Below are positions 39,203 to 50,705 of a stretch of 64,000 bases of DNA, one piece after another. The DNA is from Flavobacteriaceae bacterium (GTDB taxonomy: Bacteria; Bacteroidota; Bacteroidia; Flavobacteriales; Flavobacteriaceae), in the NCBI GenBank assembly GCA_965657165.1, contig CBFHNG010000002.1, positions 6,161 through 70,160 of the forward strand. The letters run 5' to 3'. The position numbers were made by a program, and so were the translations under genes. The notes beneath the pieces were generated by a model, which was not told where the DNA came from, did no database searches, and was given only the letters and a program-made list of their open reading frames with translations. Within the stretch, counting starts at the first letter, position 1, and every line of letters starts with the position of its first letter.

Positions 39203-40756
39203 TTGAACTTAGACCAAACAATGCTTACATCATACGAAAAGGAAGAAAGGAAAGCTGGCAAAGAGCTTTATCAATATCAAAAAGGAGCAATACAAAAAAT
39301 CTTCGAATGCTTTGAATCTGCTGATGACGATTACCACCTACTATATCAATTACCTACTGGAGGTGGAAAAACAGTAATTTTTTCAGAAATAGTTAGTCAA
39401 TACCTAAAAACACGAAAGAAAAAAGTGTTGGTTATGACACACAGAATCGAACTTTGCAAACAAACTTCTACGGTTTTAAGTGAATTTGGAGTTAGAAATA
39501 AAGTTGTGGACAGCAAGGCTAACTTGGATGATCAAGGTAATTATGATTGTTTTGTTGCTATGGTTGAAACCCTAAACAACAGATTAAAGGATGATAAATT
39601 AGATATTTCTGATATTGGATTAGTTATTATTGATGAAGCCCATTACAATTCGTTTACAAAGCTTTTTAAGTTTTTTGAAAAAGCCTTCATTTTAGGTGTT
39701 ACAGCAACCCCACTGAGTTCAAATATTGAACTGCCAATGACCGACAACTACAATGAACTTATTGTAGGCGAAAGTATTGAATCACTCATCGAAAATCGGT
39801 TTTTGGCAAAAGCCAATATGTATTCTTTTAATGTAGGTTTGACATCTTTGGTAGTTGGTGCAAACGGAGACTATACCGTAAAATCTTCTGAGGAATTGTA
39901 CACCAACAATGAAATGCTTTCAAAACTCATGGAGGCCTATCTCGAATGTTGTAAGGGTCAAAAAACGTTGATTTTCAATAATGGTATAAATACATCATTA
40001 TATGTATATGATATTTTTAATAGAGCGGGACTACCCATTGCACATTTGGATAATACAACTTCAAAAAAAGAGCGTGCTAATATCTTAAAATGGTTTAAAG
40101 AAACTCCGGGTGCTATATTAACTTCTGTAAGTATTTTAACTACAGGATTTGATGAACCTAGCGTGGAATCTATAATCTTAAACCGTGCTACAAAATCTTT
40201 GACGCTTTACTACCAAATGATTGGACGTGGGTCACGAATTTTTAAAGAAAAAGACAGTTTTAATGTTGTTGATTTAGGCAATAATTTCCACCGATTTGGT
40301 CCATGGGGAAGTACAAATCTTGATTGGCAACGGATTTTTAAGTATCCAAGCCATTATCTCGATGGAATTTTGAGTGATGAAGATCTCGAAAATAATTTTA
40401 AATATGAAATGCCCGAAGTAATTAGGGCGTCTTTTTCAAATTCTGAAGAAGTTTACTTTGATATCAATAAGACTTACATAGAATCCATTAGACGCGGAGA
40501 ATCTTCAAAAGTTGTTCTAAAAAGATCAATTGAGCAACATGCAAAAATTTGTGTCGAAAATAGCGAAGATATTTTTGATGCTCTAGGATTGATAAAACTT
40601 TTGGATGATGATATTGAATTTAGAATCAATCGCTATTCGAAATGCATCAGCAAAAGCACACACAATTTTTTAGCGTGGTTAAAAGATGATTATAAGAAAA
40701 AATTACGCTCTTTTTTAAGACAAAATTTTGATGACATTAAAGCTAATCTCAATTGA
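39203..40756 (+). CDS. SF2 DEAD/DEAH-box helicase (RadD/ResIII-like)
   Basis: LPTGGGKT, IIDEAH, GVTATP, LTTGFD, YQMIGRGSR. Confidence 0.92.
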   Translation: MNLDQTMLTSYEKEERKAGKELYQYQKGAIQKIFECFESADDDYHLLYQLPTGGGKTVIFSEIVSQYLKTRKKKVLVMTHRIELCKQTSTVLSEFGVRNKVVDSKANLDDQGNYDCFVAMVETLNNRLKDDKLDISDIGLVIIDEAHYNSFTKLFKFFEKAFILGVTATPLSSNIELPMTDNYNELIVGESIESLIENRFLAKANMYSFNVGLTSLVVGANGDYTVKSSEELYTNNEMLSKLMEAYLECCKGQKTLIFNNGINTSLYVYDIFNRAGLPIAHLDNTTSKKERANILKWFKETPGAILTSVSILTTGFDEPSVESIILNRATKSLTLYYQMIGRGSRIFKEKDSFNVVDLGNNFHRFGPWGSTNLDWQRIFKYPSHYLDGILSDEDLENNFKYEMPEVIRASFSNSEEVYFDINKTYIESIRRGESSKVVLKRSIEQHAKICVENSEDIFDALGLIKLLDDDIEFRINRYSKCISKSTHNFLAWLKDDYKKKLRSFLRQNFDDIKANLN

Positions 40757-40759
40757 TAA

Positions 40760-41296
40760 ATGATAACATCTATTATAATTTTCATGTCCGTTTTCAACTT
40801 CAATCAAGATAAAAAAGTCATATTTGAATTCGATAAATCATGTAATATAGATGCATGGCAAGTTGTTGATGATGTTGTAATGGGAGGGGAGTCCAGTAGT
40901 GAAATTTTATTAAACGAAGACGGTAACGGATTTTTTAAAGGAACTGTTTCAATTGAAAATAATGGAGGATTTTCATCCATACGTTTAAATGTAAATAAGA
41001 TTATAACTACTTCGCATAAATCTATTTTATTGAAATTAAAAGGCGATGGATCAGTATTTCAATTTCGTGTTAAAAGATCAAAATATGAACGTCATTCCTA
41101 TATTTTTAACTTTAAAACTACTGGAAAGTGGGAAACCATAGAAATTCCATTAGAAGAAATGATACCAAGTTTTAGAGGATTTAAATTAGATATTTCAAAT
41201 TTTAACCAAGATGACATACAACAAGTTGGATTTTTAAAGTCATCAAAGAAAAATACACCGTTTCAATTAGAAATTAAACATATTCATTTGAAATAA
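40760..41296 (+). CDS. CIA30 family protein
   Basis: WQVVDDVVMGGES, SIENNGGFSSIR, LKGDG, PSFRG. Confidence 0.9.
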   Translation: MITSIIIFMSVFNFNQDKKVIFEFDKSCNIDAWQVVDDVVMGGESSSEILLNEDGNGFFKGTVSIENNGGFSSIRLNVNKIITTSHKSILLKLKGDGSVFQFRVKRSKYERHSYIFNFKTTGKWETIEIPLEEMIPSFRGFKLDISNFNQDDIQQVGFLKSSKKNTPFQLEIKHIHLK

Positions 41297-41346
41297 TTTC
41301 AAAAATTTGCACTTTAGCATAGTATTTAGTCCCTAAATCTTTTGTT

Positions 41347-41724
41347 ATGATCTCAAAATGCTCAAAAAAAACCTTCTTTTACTATATTATTTCTCTTGTT
41401 TTTATCAGTTTATTTGGATGTGAATTCAATAATAAACCGTTAACCTCCACATCAAAACTTCTAATAGGTTCTTGGTTAGATAGTAGTGAAGCAAAATTAC
41501 ATTTTACACTTCTTGAAAATGGTGATGCCAAATCTGATAATATGGAAACATTAGTTTACAAAAGTTGGTCTGTACGTAACGATAGTCTATTTCTTAAAGT
41601 AAAAAGTATTGGAAACAGAACACATTTTGAAAGTATAGAAGCTTATAAAATCGATACTCTAGATTCAAATACACTAGTACTTCACAATAAAAATTTCAAA
41701 ATGTCCTACACTAGAAAAAAGTAA
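41347..41724 (+). CDS. Lipocalin-like lipoprotein (Lipocalin_3 type)
   Basis: Lipobox LFGC, IGSW, GDAKSDNMETLVYKSW, KSIGN. Confidence 0.7.
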   Translation: MISKCSKKTFFYYIISLVFISLFGCEFNNKPLTSTSKLLIGSWLDSSEAKLHFTLLENGDAKSDNMETLVYKSWSVRNDSLFLKVKSIGNRTHFESIEAYKIDTLDSNTLVLHNKNFKMSYTRKK

Positions 41725-41914
41725 AAATAATTATAATAAATTTCATGTATTGAACATCATAATTAATTTTTTATAAATTATTGATTTTCAATTATTTATG
41801 ATAATTTAAACTCAATTGAATTTAAATCATATTTATTGAATAAAAGCCTATTGACTAACAGGTTATATATTTTTGATTAGAAAAAATTTTATTTTGTCAT
41901 TTTCTAATAAAAAT

Positions 41915-43594
41915 ATGCAGTCATTAAACAAATTTAGTAAAGCAATTACTCAAGATCCAACACAACCAGCTGCCCAAGCCATGTTGCATGCTATTGGTCT
42001 TGATCGTTCAGATTTTGAAAAACCATTTGTTGGAATTGCAAGTACAGGTTATGAAGGCAATCCTTGTAACATGCATCTGAATGATTTGGCAAAACTAGTA
42101 AAGTCAGGAACACAAAAAAAAGATGTTGTTGGGTTGATTTTTAATACCATAGGTGTTAGTGATGGAATTTCTATGGGAACACCAGGAATGCGTTTTTCAT
42201 TGCCTTCTCGTGATATTATTGCAGATTCTATGGAAACTGTTGTTCAAGCCATGAGCTATGATGGAATGATTACAGTCGTTGGATGTGACAAAAACATGCC
42301 AGGAGCACTAATGGCGATGATACGCGTTAACAAACCTTCTATTTTGGTTTATGGAGGTACCATTGATTCTGGTTGTCATAACGGAAAAAAACTTGATGTT
42401 GTTTCTGCATTTGAAGCATGGGGTAGCAAAGTTGCTGGAACAATGGACGAGAATGAATTTCAGAATATTGTACAAAAGGCCTGCCCAGGTGCAGGAGCTT
42501 GTGGGGGAATGTACACTGCAAATACTATGGCTTCTGCTATAGAAGCACTCGGGATGGCATTGCCATTTAATTCTTCAAATCCAGCAACAGGAAAAGAGAA
42601 AAAAGAAGAAGCCATTGAAGCAGGGAAAGCCATTCGGTTGTTGCTCGAAAAAGATATAAAACCCTCTGATATCATTACAAAAAAATCATTAGAAAACGCC
42701 ATAAGACTTATTACAGTTCTTGGAGGTTCAACAAATGCTGTACTGCACTTTTTGGCCATTGCAAGAGCTGCAAATATTGAGTTTACATTACAAGATTTTC
42801 AACGTATAAGTGATGAAACCCCTTTCTTAGCAGATTTGAAACCAAGTGGAAAATTCCTAATGGAAGATGTTCATCGAGTTGGAGGAATTCCTGCAGTTTT
42901 AAAATATCTATTAGAAAATGGATTAATCCACGGAGATTGTTTGACTGTAACAGGAAAAACAATTGCGGAAAACCTTTCAGAAGTTAAAGGACTTTCAGAA
43001 GGACAACAAGTCATTAAACCACTTGATCGTCCAATAAAAGTATCAGGTCATTTACGTATGCTGTATGGTAATTTAGCTACAGAGGGAAGTGTTGCAAAAA
43101 TTACTGGAAAAGAAGGCTTGCGCTTTTCAGGAAAAGCAAAAGTATTTAATGGTGAATATGCTGCAAATGATGGCATTAGCGATGGACTTGTTGAAAAAGG
43201 GGATGTTGTTGTGATACGTTATGAAGGGCCAAAAGGAGGGCCTGGAATGCCTGAAATGCTTAAACCAACCGCCGCAATTATGGGTGCTGGACTTGGAAAA
43301 GATGTGGCACTTATTACTGATGGTCGTTTCTCTGGTGGTACACACGGATTTGTTGTTGGTCATATTACACCAGAAGCACAAGATGGAGGTACAATTGCTT
43401 TGGTTCAAGACGGCGACACCATTACCATTGATGCAGAAACCAATAGTATTACATTAGAAATTTCAGATGAAGAATTACAAGAAAGAAAGCAACAATGGAA
43501 AGCACCAAATTTAAAAGTTTCTAGAGGAGTACTTTTCAAATATGCAAAAACTGTTTCTTCTGCTTCACAAGGTTGTGTAACAGATGAATTTTAA
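41915..43594 (+). CDS. ilvD: Dihydroxy-acid dehydratase
   Basis: [53 protein letters not shown] 41915 follows a TATTTTTG box (41868-41875). Confidence 0.98.
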   Translation: MQSLNKFSKAITQDPTQPAAQAMLHAIGLDRSDFEKPFVGIASTGYEGNPCNMHLNDLAKLVKSGTQKKDVVGLIFNTIGVSDGISMGTPGMRFSLPSRDIIADSMETVVQAMSYDGMITVVGCDKNMPGALMAMIRVNKPSILVYGGTIDSGCHNGKKLDVVSAFEAWGSKVAGTMDENEFQNIVQKACPGAGACGGMYTANTMASAIEALGMALPFNSSNPATGKEKKEEAIEAGKAIRLLLEKDIKPSDIITKKSLENAIRLITVLGGSTNAVLHFLAIARAANIEFTLQDFQRISDETPFLADLKPSGKFLMEDVHRVGGIPAVLKYLLENGLIHGDCLTVTGKTIAENLSEVKGLSEGQQVIKPLDRPIKVSGHLRMLYGNLATEGSVAKITGKEGLRFSGKAKVFNGEYAANDGISDGLVEKGDVVVIRYEGPKGGPGMPEMLKPTAAIMGAGLGKDVALITDGRFSGGTHGFVVGHITPEAQDGGTIALVQDGDTITIDAETNSITLEISDEELQERKQQWKAPNLKVSRGVLFKYAKTVSSASQGCVTDEF

Positions 43595-43606
43595 TTCAAA
43601 ACATTT

Positions 43607-45340
43607 ATGGACGTACAAACAAAATCAAAACAAAGCTATTTAAATCAGCCCACCGAAAGAATTTCAGGTGCTGAAGCAGTGATTCGTTGTTTAATTGCAG
43701 AAGGTGCAGACACTATCTATGGATATCCTGGAGGGGCTATTATGCCTGTATATGATGAGCTTTTTAAGTATCAAGATCAAATTCATCATGTCCTTACAAG
43801 GCACGAACAGGGTGCAACTCATGCTGCTCAAGGTTTTGCAAGAATATCAGGCAGAGTAGGTGTGGCCATTGCAACATCTGGACCTGGTGCTACAAATTTA
43901 ATTACAGGAATTGCAGATGCTCAAATAGACTCAACTCCAATGGTATGCATCACAGGACAAGTGCCCTCTCATCTTTTGGGAAGTGATGCATTTCAAGAAA
44001 CAGATATTGTTGGGATTTCTACACCAGTAACAAAGTGGAATCATCAAATCACAACAGCAGAAGAAATTCCAGAAGTGATTGCAAAAGCTTTTTATATCGC
44101 AAGGAGTGGACGCCCAGGGCCTGTTCTTATAGACATCACAAAAGACGCACAGTTTGGTGAATTAGATTTTACCTACAAAAAATGTGAAGGGATAAGGAGC
44201 TATAATCCTATACCTAAAGTCAATAGAGCACAATTAAGCACTGCAGCAGAACTCATAAATAACGCTAAGAAACCTTTAATTGTTTGGGGACAAGGTGTTC
44301 TTTTGGGAGAAGCTGAAGAAGAATTCAAAGCTGTAGTTGAAAAATCTGGTGTACCCGCCGCATGGACAATCATGGGTGTTTCTGCAATTCCAACATCTCA
44401 TCCATTAAATGTGGGTATGGTTGGAATGCATGGTAATTATGCACCAAACATATTGACCAATGAATGTGATGTATTAATTGCCATTGGAATGCGATTTGAC
44501 GATCGTGTAACAGGAAAACTAAGCGATTATGCAACACAAGCAAAAATAATCCATTTTGAAATTGATCCAGCAGAAATTGATAAAAATGTAAAAACTGATG
44601 TCGCAGTATTGGGGGATGCCAAAGATAGTTTAGCGCAAATTCTTCCATTACTAAATAAGAATACACATACAGAATGGCTGAAAAAATTTGAAGAATTATC
44701 AAAAATTGAATTTGAAAAAGTTATTAAAAATGATTTGCATCCAACCAAAGAAGGACTTACAATGGGAGAAGTTCTCAAAGAAATTAATGCGCAAAGTAGA
44801 GGAGAAGCAGCTATTGTTTCAGACGTTGGGCAACATCAAATGATTGCATGTCGATATGCAGAGTTCAACGCTTCGAGAGGAAATATTACATCTGGAGGGC
44901 TTGGTACAATGGGCTTTGCGCTTCCTGCAGCAATTGGCGCTAAAATGGCTACTCCAGAAAGAGAAGTTGTGGCAGTAATTGGAGATGGTGGCTATCAAAT
45001 GACTATTCAAGAGTTGGGTACTATTTTTCAAACCAAAGCCGCCGTAAAAATTGTTGTTTTGAATAATGATTTCTTGGGAATGGTTCGCCAATGGCAACAG
45101 TTGTTTTTTGACAAAAGATATGCTTCAACAGTGATGACAAATCCAGATTTTGTTACTATAGCAAAAGGCTATCAAATTGAAGCTAAACGTGTTACAAAAC
45201 GAGAAGAATTAGCTTCTGCGGTTGAAGAAATGATGACTTCAAAAGAAGCCTATTTCTTAGAAGTATGTGTAGAAAAAGAGGATAATGTATTTCCGATGAT
45301 CCCTTCTGGCGCATCGGTATCAGAAATTAGATTAGAATAA
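43607..45340 (+). CDS. ilvB: Acetolactate synthase large subunit
   Basis: GYPGGAI, RHEQGA, TSGPGATN, DVGQHQM, GDGGYQM...NN TPP motif, GMVRQWQ. Confidence 0.97.
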   Translation: MDVQTKSKQSYLNQPTERISGAEAVIRCLIAEGADTIYGYPGGAIMPVYDELFKYQDQIHHVLTRHEQGATHAAQGFARISGRVGVAIATSGPGATNLITGIADAQIDSTPMVCITGQVPSHLLGSDAFQETDIVGISTPVTKWNHQITTAEEIPEVIAKAFYIARSGRPGPVLIDITKDAQFGELDFTYKKCEGIRSYNPIPKVNRAQLSTAAELINNAKKPLIVWGQGVLLGEAEEEFKAVVEKSGVPAAWTIMGVSAIPTSHPLNVGMVGMHGNYAPNILTNECDVLIAIGMRFDDRVTGKLSDYATQAKIIHFEIDPAEIDKNVKTDVAVLGDAKDSLAQILPLLNKNTHTEWLKKFEELSKIEFEKVIKNDLHPTKEGLTMGEVLKEINAQSRGEAAIVSDVGQHQMIACRYAEFNASRGNITSGGLGTMGFALPAAIGAKMATPEREVVAVIGDGGYQMTIQELGTIFQTKAAVKIVVLNNDFLGMVRQWQQLFFDKRYASTVMTNPDFVTIAKGYQIEAKRVTKREELASAVEEMMTSKEAYFLEVCVEKEDNVFPMIPSGASVSEIRLE

Positions 45341-45341
45341 T

Positions 45342-45872
45342 ATGGGAACAGAATTAAAGCAGTTTACAGTTTCTGTTTATGCAGAAAATAATGTTGGATT
45401 ACTCAATAGAATATCAGCAATATTTCAAAAACGTCATATCAATATTGAAAGCATGAACATTTCGGTTTCGGAAATTGAAGGTGTTTCGCGTTTTATCATT
45501 TTAGTTCATATGACTGAAGTCAATGTAAAAAAGATTATTGGACAAATAGAAAAGCAAATAGAAGTCATTAAAGCATTTTATCATACAGACGAAGAAACAA
45601 TTTATTTGGAGTCTTGCATGTTTAAAATTAAATCTGATTTACTTTTTGAAGAGCGGCAAATTCAAAACATCATCAAAGAAAGTGATGCTAGAATTGTAAC
45701 CGTCAACAGAGAATTTTTTGTATTGGAAAAATCTGGTAGACGTCACGAAATAGAATTATTACACCGAGAATTAAGTGCTTTTGGCATAATGCAATTTGTA
45801 CGTTCTGGTCGAATTTCAATTACTAAAGATCAAATGAAAATTACTGAATTACTAACCGAATTTAAAAATTAA
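45342..45872 (+). CDS. ilvN: Acetolactate synthase small subunit
   Basis: ACT domain ENNVGLLNRI...RHINIES, and VRSGRI. Confidence 0.95.
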   Translation: MGTELKQFTVSVYAENNVGLLNRISAIFQKRHINIESMNISVSEIEGVSRFIILVHMTEVNVKKIIGQIEKQIEVIKAFYHTDEETIYLESCMFKIKSDLLFEERQIQNIIKESDARIVTVNREFFVLEKSGRRHEIELLHRELSAFGIMQFVRSGRISITKDQMKITELLTEFKN

Positions 45873-45887
45873 AAATAAAATATACTC

Positions 45888-47369
45888 ATGGCAAATTACT
45901 TTAATACACTTTCGTTAAGTCAAAAACTAGATCAACTTTCGAAGTGTAGATTTATGCAAACCTCTGAATTTAAAGATGGAGTAGAAGCGTTAAAAAACAA
46001 AAAAATAGTTATTGTTGGGTGTGGGGCACAAGGACTTAACCAAGGGCTAAATATGAGAGACTCAGGACTTGATATTTCTTATGCTTTAAGAGCACAAGCC
46101 ATAGAAGAACAAAGACAATCTTATAAAAATGCTTCCGAAAATAAATTTAATGTTGGTACGTATCAAGACTTAATTCCTACTGCAGACGTGGTGCTAAATC
46201 TTACGCCAGACAAACAACATTCCAATGTGGTTGACGCTGTAATGCCTTTAATGAAAAAAGGGGCTACACTTTCATACTCCCATGGCTTTAATATTGTTGA
46301 AGAAGGAAAGCAAATTCGTAAAGATTTAACTGTTATAATGGTAGCACCAAAATGTCCAGGAAGTGAAGTTCGCGAAGAATATAAAAGAGGATTTGGGGTA
46401 CCAACACTCATTGCAGTTCATCCCGAAAATGATCCAGAAGGAAAAGGTTGGGCACAGGCCAAAGCCTATGCCGTAGCCACTGGAGGTCATAAAGCTGGCG
46501 TTTTGGAATCATCCTTTGTTGCAGAAGTTAAAAGTGATTTGATGGGAGAGCAAACTATTCTTTGTGGTGTACTTCAAACCGCTTCAATTTTGTCTTTTGA
46601 TAAGATGATAGAGGAGGGGATAGCGCCTTCTTACGCTTCAAAATTGATTCAATACGGATGGGAAACCATAACTGAAGCGCTAAAACATGGTGGAATTACA
46701 AACATGATGGATCGCTTATCGAACCCAGCAAAAATTAAGGCTTTTGAGCTTTCAGAAGAACTAAAAACCATAATGAAACCCTTGTTTGAAAAGCATATGG
46801 ATGATATCATGTCTGGTCATTTTTCAAAAACAATGATGGAAGATTGGGCGAATGACGATATAAACCTATTAACATGGAGAGCTGCTACAGGAGAAACTGC
46901 TTTTGAAAAAACAGCAGCAACTTCTGAAGCCATCTCAGAGCAAGAATATTTTGATCATGGCGTCTTGATGGTTGCATTTGTAAGAGCAGGTGTAGAGCTC
47001 GCTTTCGAAACTATGGTGGCTTCAGGAATAATAGAAGAATCAGCCTATTATGAATCCTTACATGAATTACCGTTAATTGCAAATACAGTTGCAAGAAAGA
47101 AATTATTTGAAATGAATCGCATCATTTCTGATACTGCTGAATATGGATGCTATTTGTTCGATCATGCGTGTAAGCCACTTTTGGTTGATTTTATGAAAAC
47201 CATCAAAACAGATGTAATTGGAACCGCTTATTCTTCTGAATCTACTACTGTAGATAATGCAACCTTAATAGCTGTAAATCAATCAATTAGAAATCATTCT
47301 ATTGAAGCTATAGGAAATACACTTAGACAGGCCATGACAGATATGAAAGTGATAAAAACAGAAGTGTAA
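45888..47369 (+). CDS. ilvC: Ketol-acid reductoisomerase (long, class II)
   Basis: [37 protein letters not shown]. 493 aa. Confidence 0.98.
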   Translation: MANYFNTLSLSQKLDQLSKCRFMQTSEFKDGVEALKNKKIVIVGCGAQGLNQGLNMRDSGLDISYALRAQAIEEQRQSYKNASENKFNVGTYQDLIPTADVVLNLTPDKQHSNVVDAVMPLMKKGATLSYSHGFNIVEEGKQIRKDLTVIMVAPKCPGSEVREEYKRGFGVPTLIAVHPENDPEGKGWAQAKAYAVATGGHKAGVLESSFVAEVKSDLMGEQTILCGVLQTASILSFDKMIEEGIAPSYASKLIQYGWETITEALKHGGITNMMDRLSNPAKIKAFELSEELKTIMKPLFEKHMDDIMSGHFSKTMMEDWANDDINLLTWRAATGETAFEKTAATSEAISEQEYFDHGVLMVAFVRAGVELAFETMVASGIIEESAYYESLHELPLIANTVARKKLFEMNRIISDTAEYGCYLFDHACKPLLVDFMKTIKTDVIGTAYSSESTTVDNATLIAVNQSIRNHSIEAIGNTLRQAMTDMKVIKTEV

Positions 47370-47375
47370 AACGCA

Positions 47376-48641
47376 ATGAAAGATCTGCAAAACACATATT
47401 TTCCAACGGTTGAAGCAATTGAATCTGCAGCTAAAAAGTTACAGGGCATTGCTTCAATATCGCCATTGGAGGAGCATCAACGCTTTTCTGATAAATACCA
47501 TTGTAAAATGTTATTTAAACGCGAAGATTTACAGCAGGTTCGTTCATATAAAATTAGAGGGGCTTACAATAAAATTTCTTCTTTAACAAAAGAAGAAACC
47601 AAAAATGGAATTGTTTGTGCTAGTGCAGGAAACCATGCTCAAGGTGTTGCTTTATCATGCCAACTTTTAAAAATCAAAGGAAAAATATTTATGCCTGCAC
47701 CAACGCCAAATCAAAAGGTTGAACAGGTTAAAATGTTTGGAAAAGAGTTTGTAGAAGTTATTTTGGTAGGAGATACCTTTGATGATTCATATCATAAAGC
47801 CATCGAAGAATGTGAGCAATTCAATAAACCATTGGTTCATCCATTTAATGATCAAAAAGTCATTGAAGGCCAAGGGACTGTCGGTTTAGAAATTATTCAA
47901 CAATCTGAAACACCAATCGATTATATTTTTATCCCTGTTGGTGGTGGCGGACTGGCCTCTGGTTTATCTTCTGTGGTAAAAGCTTTATCTCCAGAAACAA
48001 AAATTATAGGTATAGAACCTGCCGGTGCGCCATCGATGTCGAAATCTATTGAAAATGGAGAGTTAGTTCAATTAAATGAAATTGAAAAATTTGTTGATGG
48101 AGCATCTGTACAACGTGTAGGCGATTTAACTTTTGAAATATGTAAAAAGAACTTAGATGTAATGACAACTGTTCACGAGGGTAAAATTTGTCAAACCATC
48201 TTAGAAATGTACAATAAGGATGCTATTGTTGCAGAACCTGCTGGAGTAATGAGCATAACGGCCTTAGATGAGTTTAAAGAAGAAATTAAAGGAAAAACTG
48301 TAGTCTGCTTAGTAAGTGGTAGTAACAATGACATCACACGTACAGCCGAAATTAAAGAACGTGCATTATTGTATGCTAACTTAAAGCATTATTTCATTAT
48401 CAAATTTCCACAGCGTCCAGGAGCATTACGTGAATTTGTAGTGGATATGCTTGGACCACATGATGATATTACACATTTTGAGTATACTAAAAAGGTAAAT
48501 CGAGAGAATGATGTTGCTGTTGTCGGTATACAGTTAAAAACCCAAGAAGATTTACAACCACTTATTACAAAACTAAAAGCACACAATTTTTTTGGTGATT
48601 ATTTAAATGATAAGCCAGAATTATTTCAGTTTTTGGTTTAA
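47376..48641 (+). CDS. ilvA: Threonine dehydratase (short form, single ACT-like domain)
   Basis: KREDLQ.VRSYKIRGA, ASAGNHAQG, VGGGGL, FPQRPGAL. Confidence 0.97.
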   Translation: MKDLQNTYFPTVEAIESAAKKLQGIASISPLEEHQRFSDKYHCKMLFKREDLQQVRSYKIRGAYNKISSLTKEETKNGIVCASAGNHAQGVALSCQLLKIKGKIFMPAPTPNQKVEQVKMFGKEFVEVILVGDTFDDSYHKAIEECEQFNKPLVHPFNDQKVIEGQGTVGLEIIQQSETPIDYIFIPVGGGGLASGLSSVVKALSPETKIIGIEPAGAPSMSKSIENGELVQLNEIEKFVDGASVQRVGDLTFEICKKNLDVMTTVHEGKICQTILEMYNKDAIVAEPAGVMSITALDEFKEEIKGKTVVCLVSGSNNDITRTAEIKERALLYANLKHYFIIKFPQRPGALREFVVDMLGPHDDITHFEYTKKVNRENDVAVVGIQLKTQEDLQPLITKLKAHNFFGDYLNDKPELFQFLV

Positions 48642-48791
48642 GACAATACAGAAAATATATTTCACTAATTTATTAATTATAAATTATTTATATATAAATC
48701 ATGTGTACTATAATTTATATTATGTAAAATTGACAATCTTAACTTATACCCTTTTTATTTGTATTTTTGTACCTTAAAAAATATCTTTTAT

Positions 48792-49082
48792 ATGTCTTTA
48801 TTAAATATATTTAGAATTATTTCTTTCCTGGAAGGATTATCTTACATACTTCTCCTGTTTATTGCTGTGCCCTTGAAATACATAAACAATGACGCATCCT
48901 ATGTAAAAATGCTGGGTATGCCACATGGATTATTATTTATGGGATATATTGCATTGGCAATTGTATTGCGGACTGAAAATCAATGGATTAAAAATAATTT
49001 TATTATGGTTTTAATAGCTTCTGTCATTCCTTTTGGTACTTTTGTAGTTGAAAACAAATTGAATAAAACAATTCAAAAGTAA
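48792..49082 (+). CDS. DUF3817 family membrane protein
   Basis: FRIISFLEGLSY, GMPHGLLF, ASVIPFGTF. Confidence 0.88.
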   Translation: MSLLNIFRIISFLEGLSYILLLFIAVPLKYINNDASYVKMLGMPHGLLFMGYIALAIVLRTENQWIKNNFIMVLIASVIPFGTFVVENKLNKTIQK

Positions 49083-49099
49083 AATTGATTTTAAAACTT

Positions 49100-50329
49100 A
49101 TGATGGAATTTTTTCTTGAATCCTTAAAACGCTTTATAATAAAAGCTGGAGCAAACTCTTCATTGGCAGATTGGCTTAGTATTATTTTACTCGTTGCAGG
49201 TGCTTTATTTATAATTTTCATTGTTGACTTTATCATCCGTTTAATTATTAGGGTTATATTTTCGAAAATTGCGCAACGCTCCAAAACACAATTTGATGAT
49301 ATTATGATTACTCATAAAGTACCTCGTAATATTGCTCATATCCTTCCTTTGTTTATTGCTTATGAAATTATTCCAAATATATTTTTTGAGCATCCTGAAT
49401 GGCAAAACATCATTAAAAAAATAATTTTAGTTCTTGGAATAGTTTTTTCTGTATGGGGATTACGCAGCATTTTTGGCTCCATAAAAAGCCATTTTAAATC
49501 TGTAGAACGCTTAAAAGACAAGCCTATAGACAGTTATGTTCAAGTCATCATGATATTTGTTTGGCTCACAGGTGTTTTTGCAACATTTGCTGTCATAACT
49601 GGAATATCGTTCTGGGAATTTATGGCCGGACTTGGTACTGTTTCTGCTGTAATAATCTTGGTCTTTAAGGATACCATTCTTGGGTTTGTGGCCAGTATTC
49701 AAGTTTCTGTTAATGATATGGTGCGTATTGGCGATTGGATTACCTTTCAAAAATTTGGTGCTGATGGCGATGTTATAGAAATAAACCTTGCTACCGTAAA
49801 AGTTCGAAATTTTGACCACACCATTACCACTATTCCTACATATGCCCTTATTTCAGATTCATTTAAAAACTGGCGCGGAATGACAGAATCTAATGGAAGA
49901 CGCATCAAAAGATCACTTAATATCCGAATGGCAAGTATTCGCCATCTAAATTCAGAAGATTTAAAAAATCTTTCAAAAATTGAATTGATTAAAGACTACA
50001 TCTCTGTTAAATCCAAAGATATTGCTTGTTATAACACTGAAAATGAGGTTGATAAAACATTACTCATTAATGGTCGAAATCTCACAAATATTGGTGTTTT
50101 TAGAAAATATATTGAATCTTACGTAGAAAAACATTCAGCAATCAATAAAGATTTGATGATTATGGCACGCCAACTTCAACCCAATGAAAATGGTCTACCC
50201 ATAGAGATTTATGCCTTTAGCAATGATAAACGTTGGCAAAATTATGAATACATTATCGCCGATATATTTGATCATATCATTGCTTCATCTTCTACTTTCG
50301 ACCTTGAAATTTATGAGCGTAAATTTTAG
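49100..50329 (+). CDS. MscS-family mechanosensitive channel (YbdG/MscM-like)
   Basis: LVFKDTILGFVASIQ, GDWI, GADGDV, VRNFDHTITTIP, NWRGM..SNGRRIKR. Confidence 0.93.
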   Translation: MMEFFLESLKRFIIKAGANSSLADWLSIILLVAGALFIIFIVDFIIRLIIRVIFSKIAQRSKTQFDDIMITHKVPRNIAHILPLFIAYEIIPNIFFEHPEWQNIIKKIILVLGIVFSVWGLRSIFGSIKSHFKSVERLKDKPIDSYVQVIMIFVWLTGVFATFAVITGISFWEFMAGLGTVSAVIILVFKDTILGFVASIQVSVNDMVRIGDWITFQKFGADGDVIEINLATVKVRNFDHTITTIPTYALISDSFKNWRGMTESNGRRIKRSLNIRMASIRHLNSEDLKNLSKIELIKDYISVKSKDIACYNTENEVDKTLLINGRNLTNIGVFRKYIESYVEKHSAINKDLMIMARQLQPNENGLPIEIYAFSNDKRWQNYEYIIADIFDHIIASSSTFDLEIYERKF

Positions 50330-50696
50330 AGATCAACAACTTAAAAATCAACGTCCAGAAATTTCTTCTGCCAAAATACTAGAATCTACTTCAAGTTTTG
50401 AAGCATTTCAGAATCAGGTTTTACGGCCTATTTTAAAATTTCAAAATGACATATTAATTCAAGTTTTCCTATCTAGAATTAATGCTAAAAACCAAGACTT
50501 TATTGCTTTAAGTCTTCAAAAAAAACAAGATATTCTAATTGGTGAATTTAAAACAAATACAACATTACGACAGATACTTTTGGGCTGTGTAATTGGACTA
50601 TTGACTAGTGAAGAATTTAAGTTTTATAATGCCAATACAACAAAGATTAATAAACGTATCTTTTCCATGTTAAAAGAACGTTTATTAGATCAATGA
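50313..50696 (+). CDS. Conserved hypothetical protein (Flavobacteriia family often labelled 'glyoxalase')
   Basis: EAFQNQVLRPILKFQND, IGLLTSEEF..Y, INKRI. ATG 50313 overlaps the end of mscS. Confidence 0.65.
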   Translation: MSVNFRDQQLKNQRPEISSAKILESTSSFEAFQNQVLRPILKFQNDILIQVFLSRINAKNQDFIALSLQKKQDILIGEFKTNTTLRQILLGCVIGLLTSEEFKFYNANTTKINKRIFSMLKERLLDQ

Positions 50697-50705
50697 AAAT
50701 AAGCG

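Noticed and set aside
39203-40756. Helicase as a restriction-modification or defence subunit
   Set aside because: No nuclease motif was recognised and there is no adjacent methylase or specificity gene. It looks like a stand-alone SF2 helicase.
41798-41809. MII* as an ilv leader peptide
   Set aside because: Only three codons, upstream of the predicted promoter, and no terminator hairpin follows.
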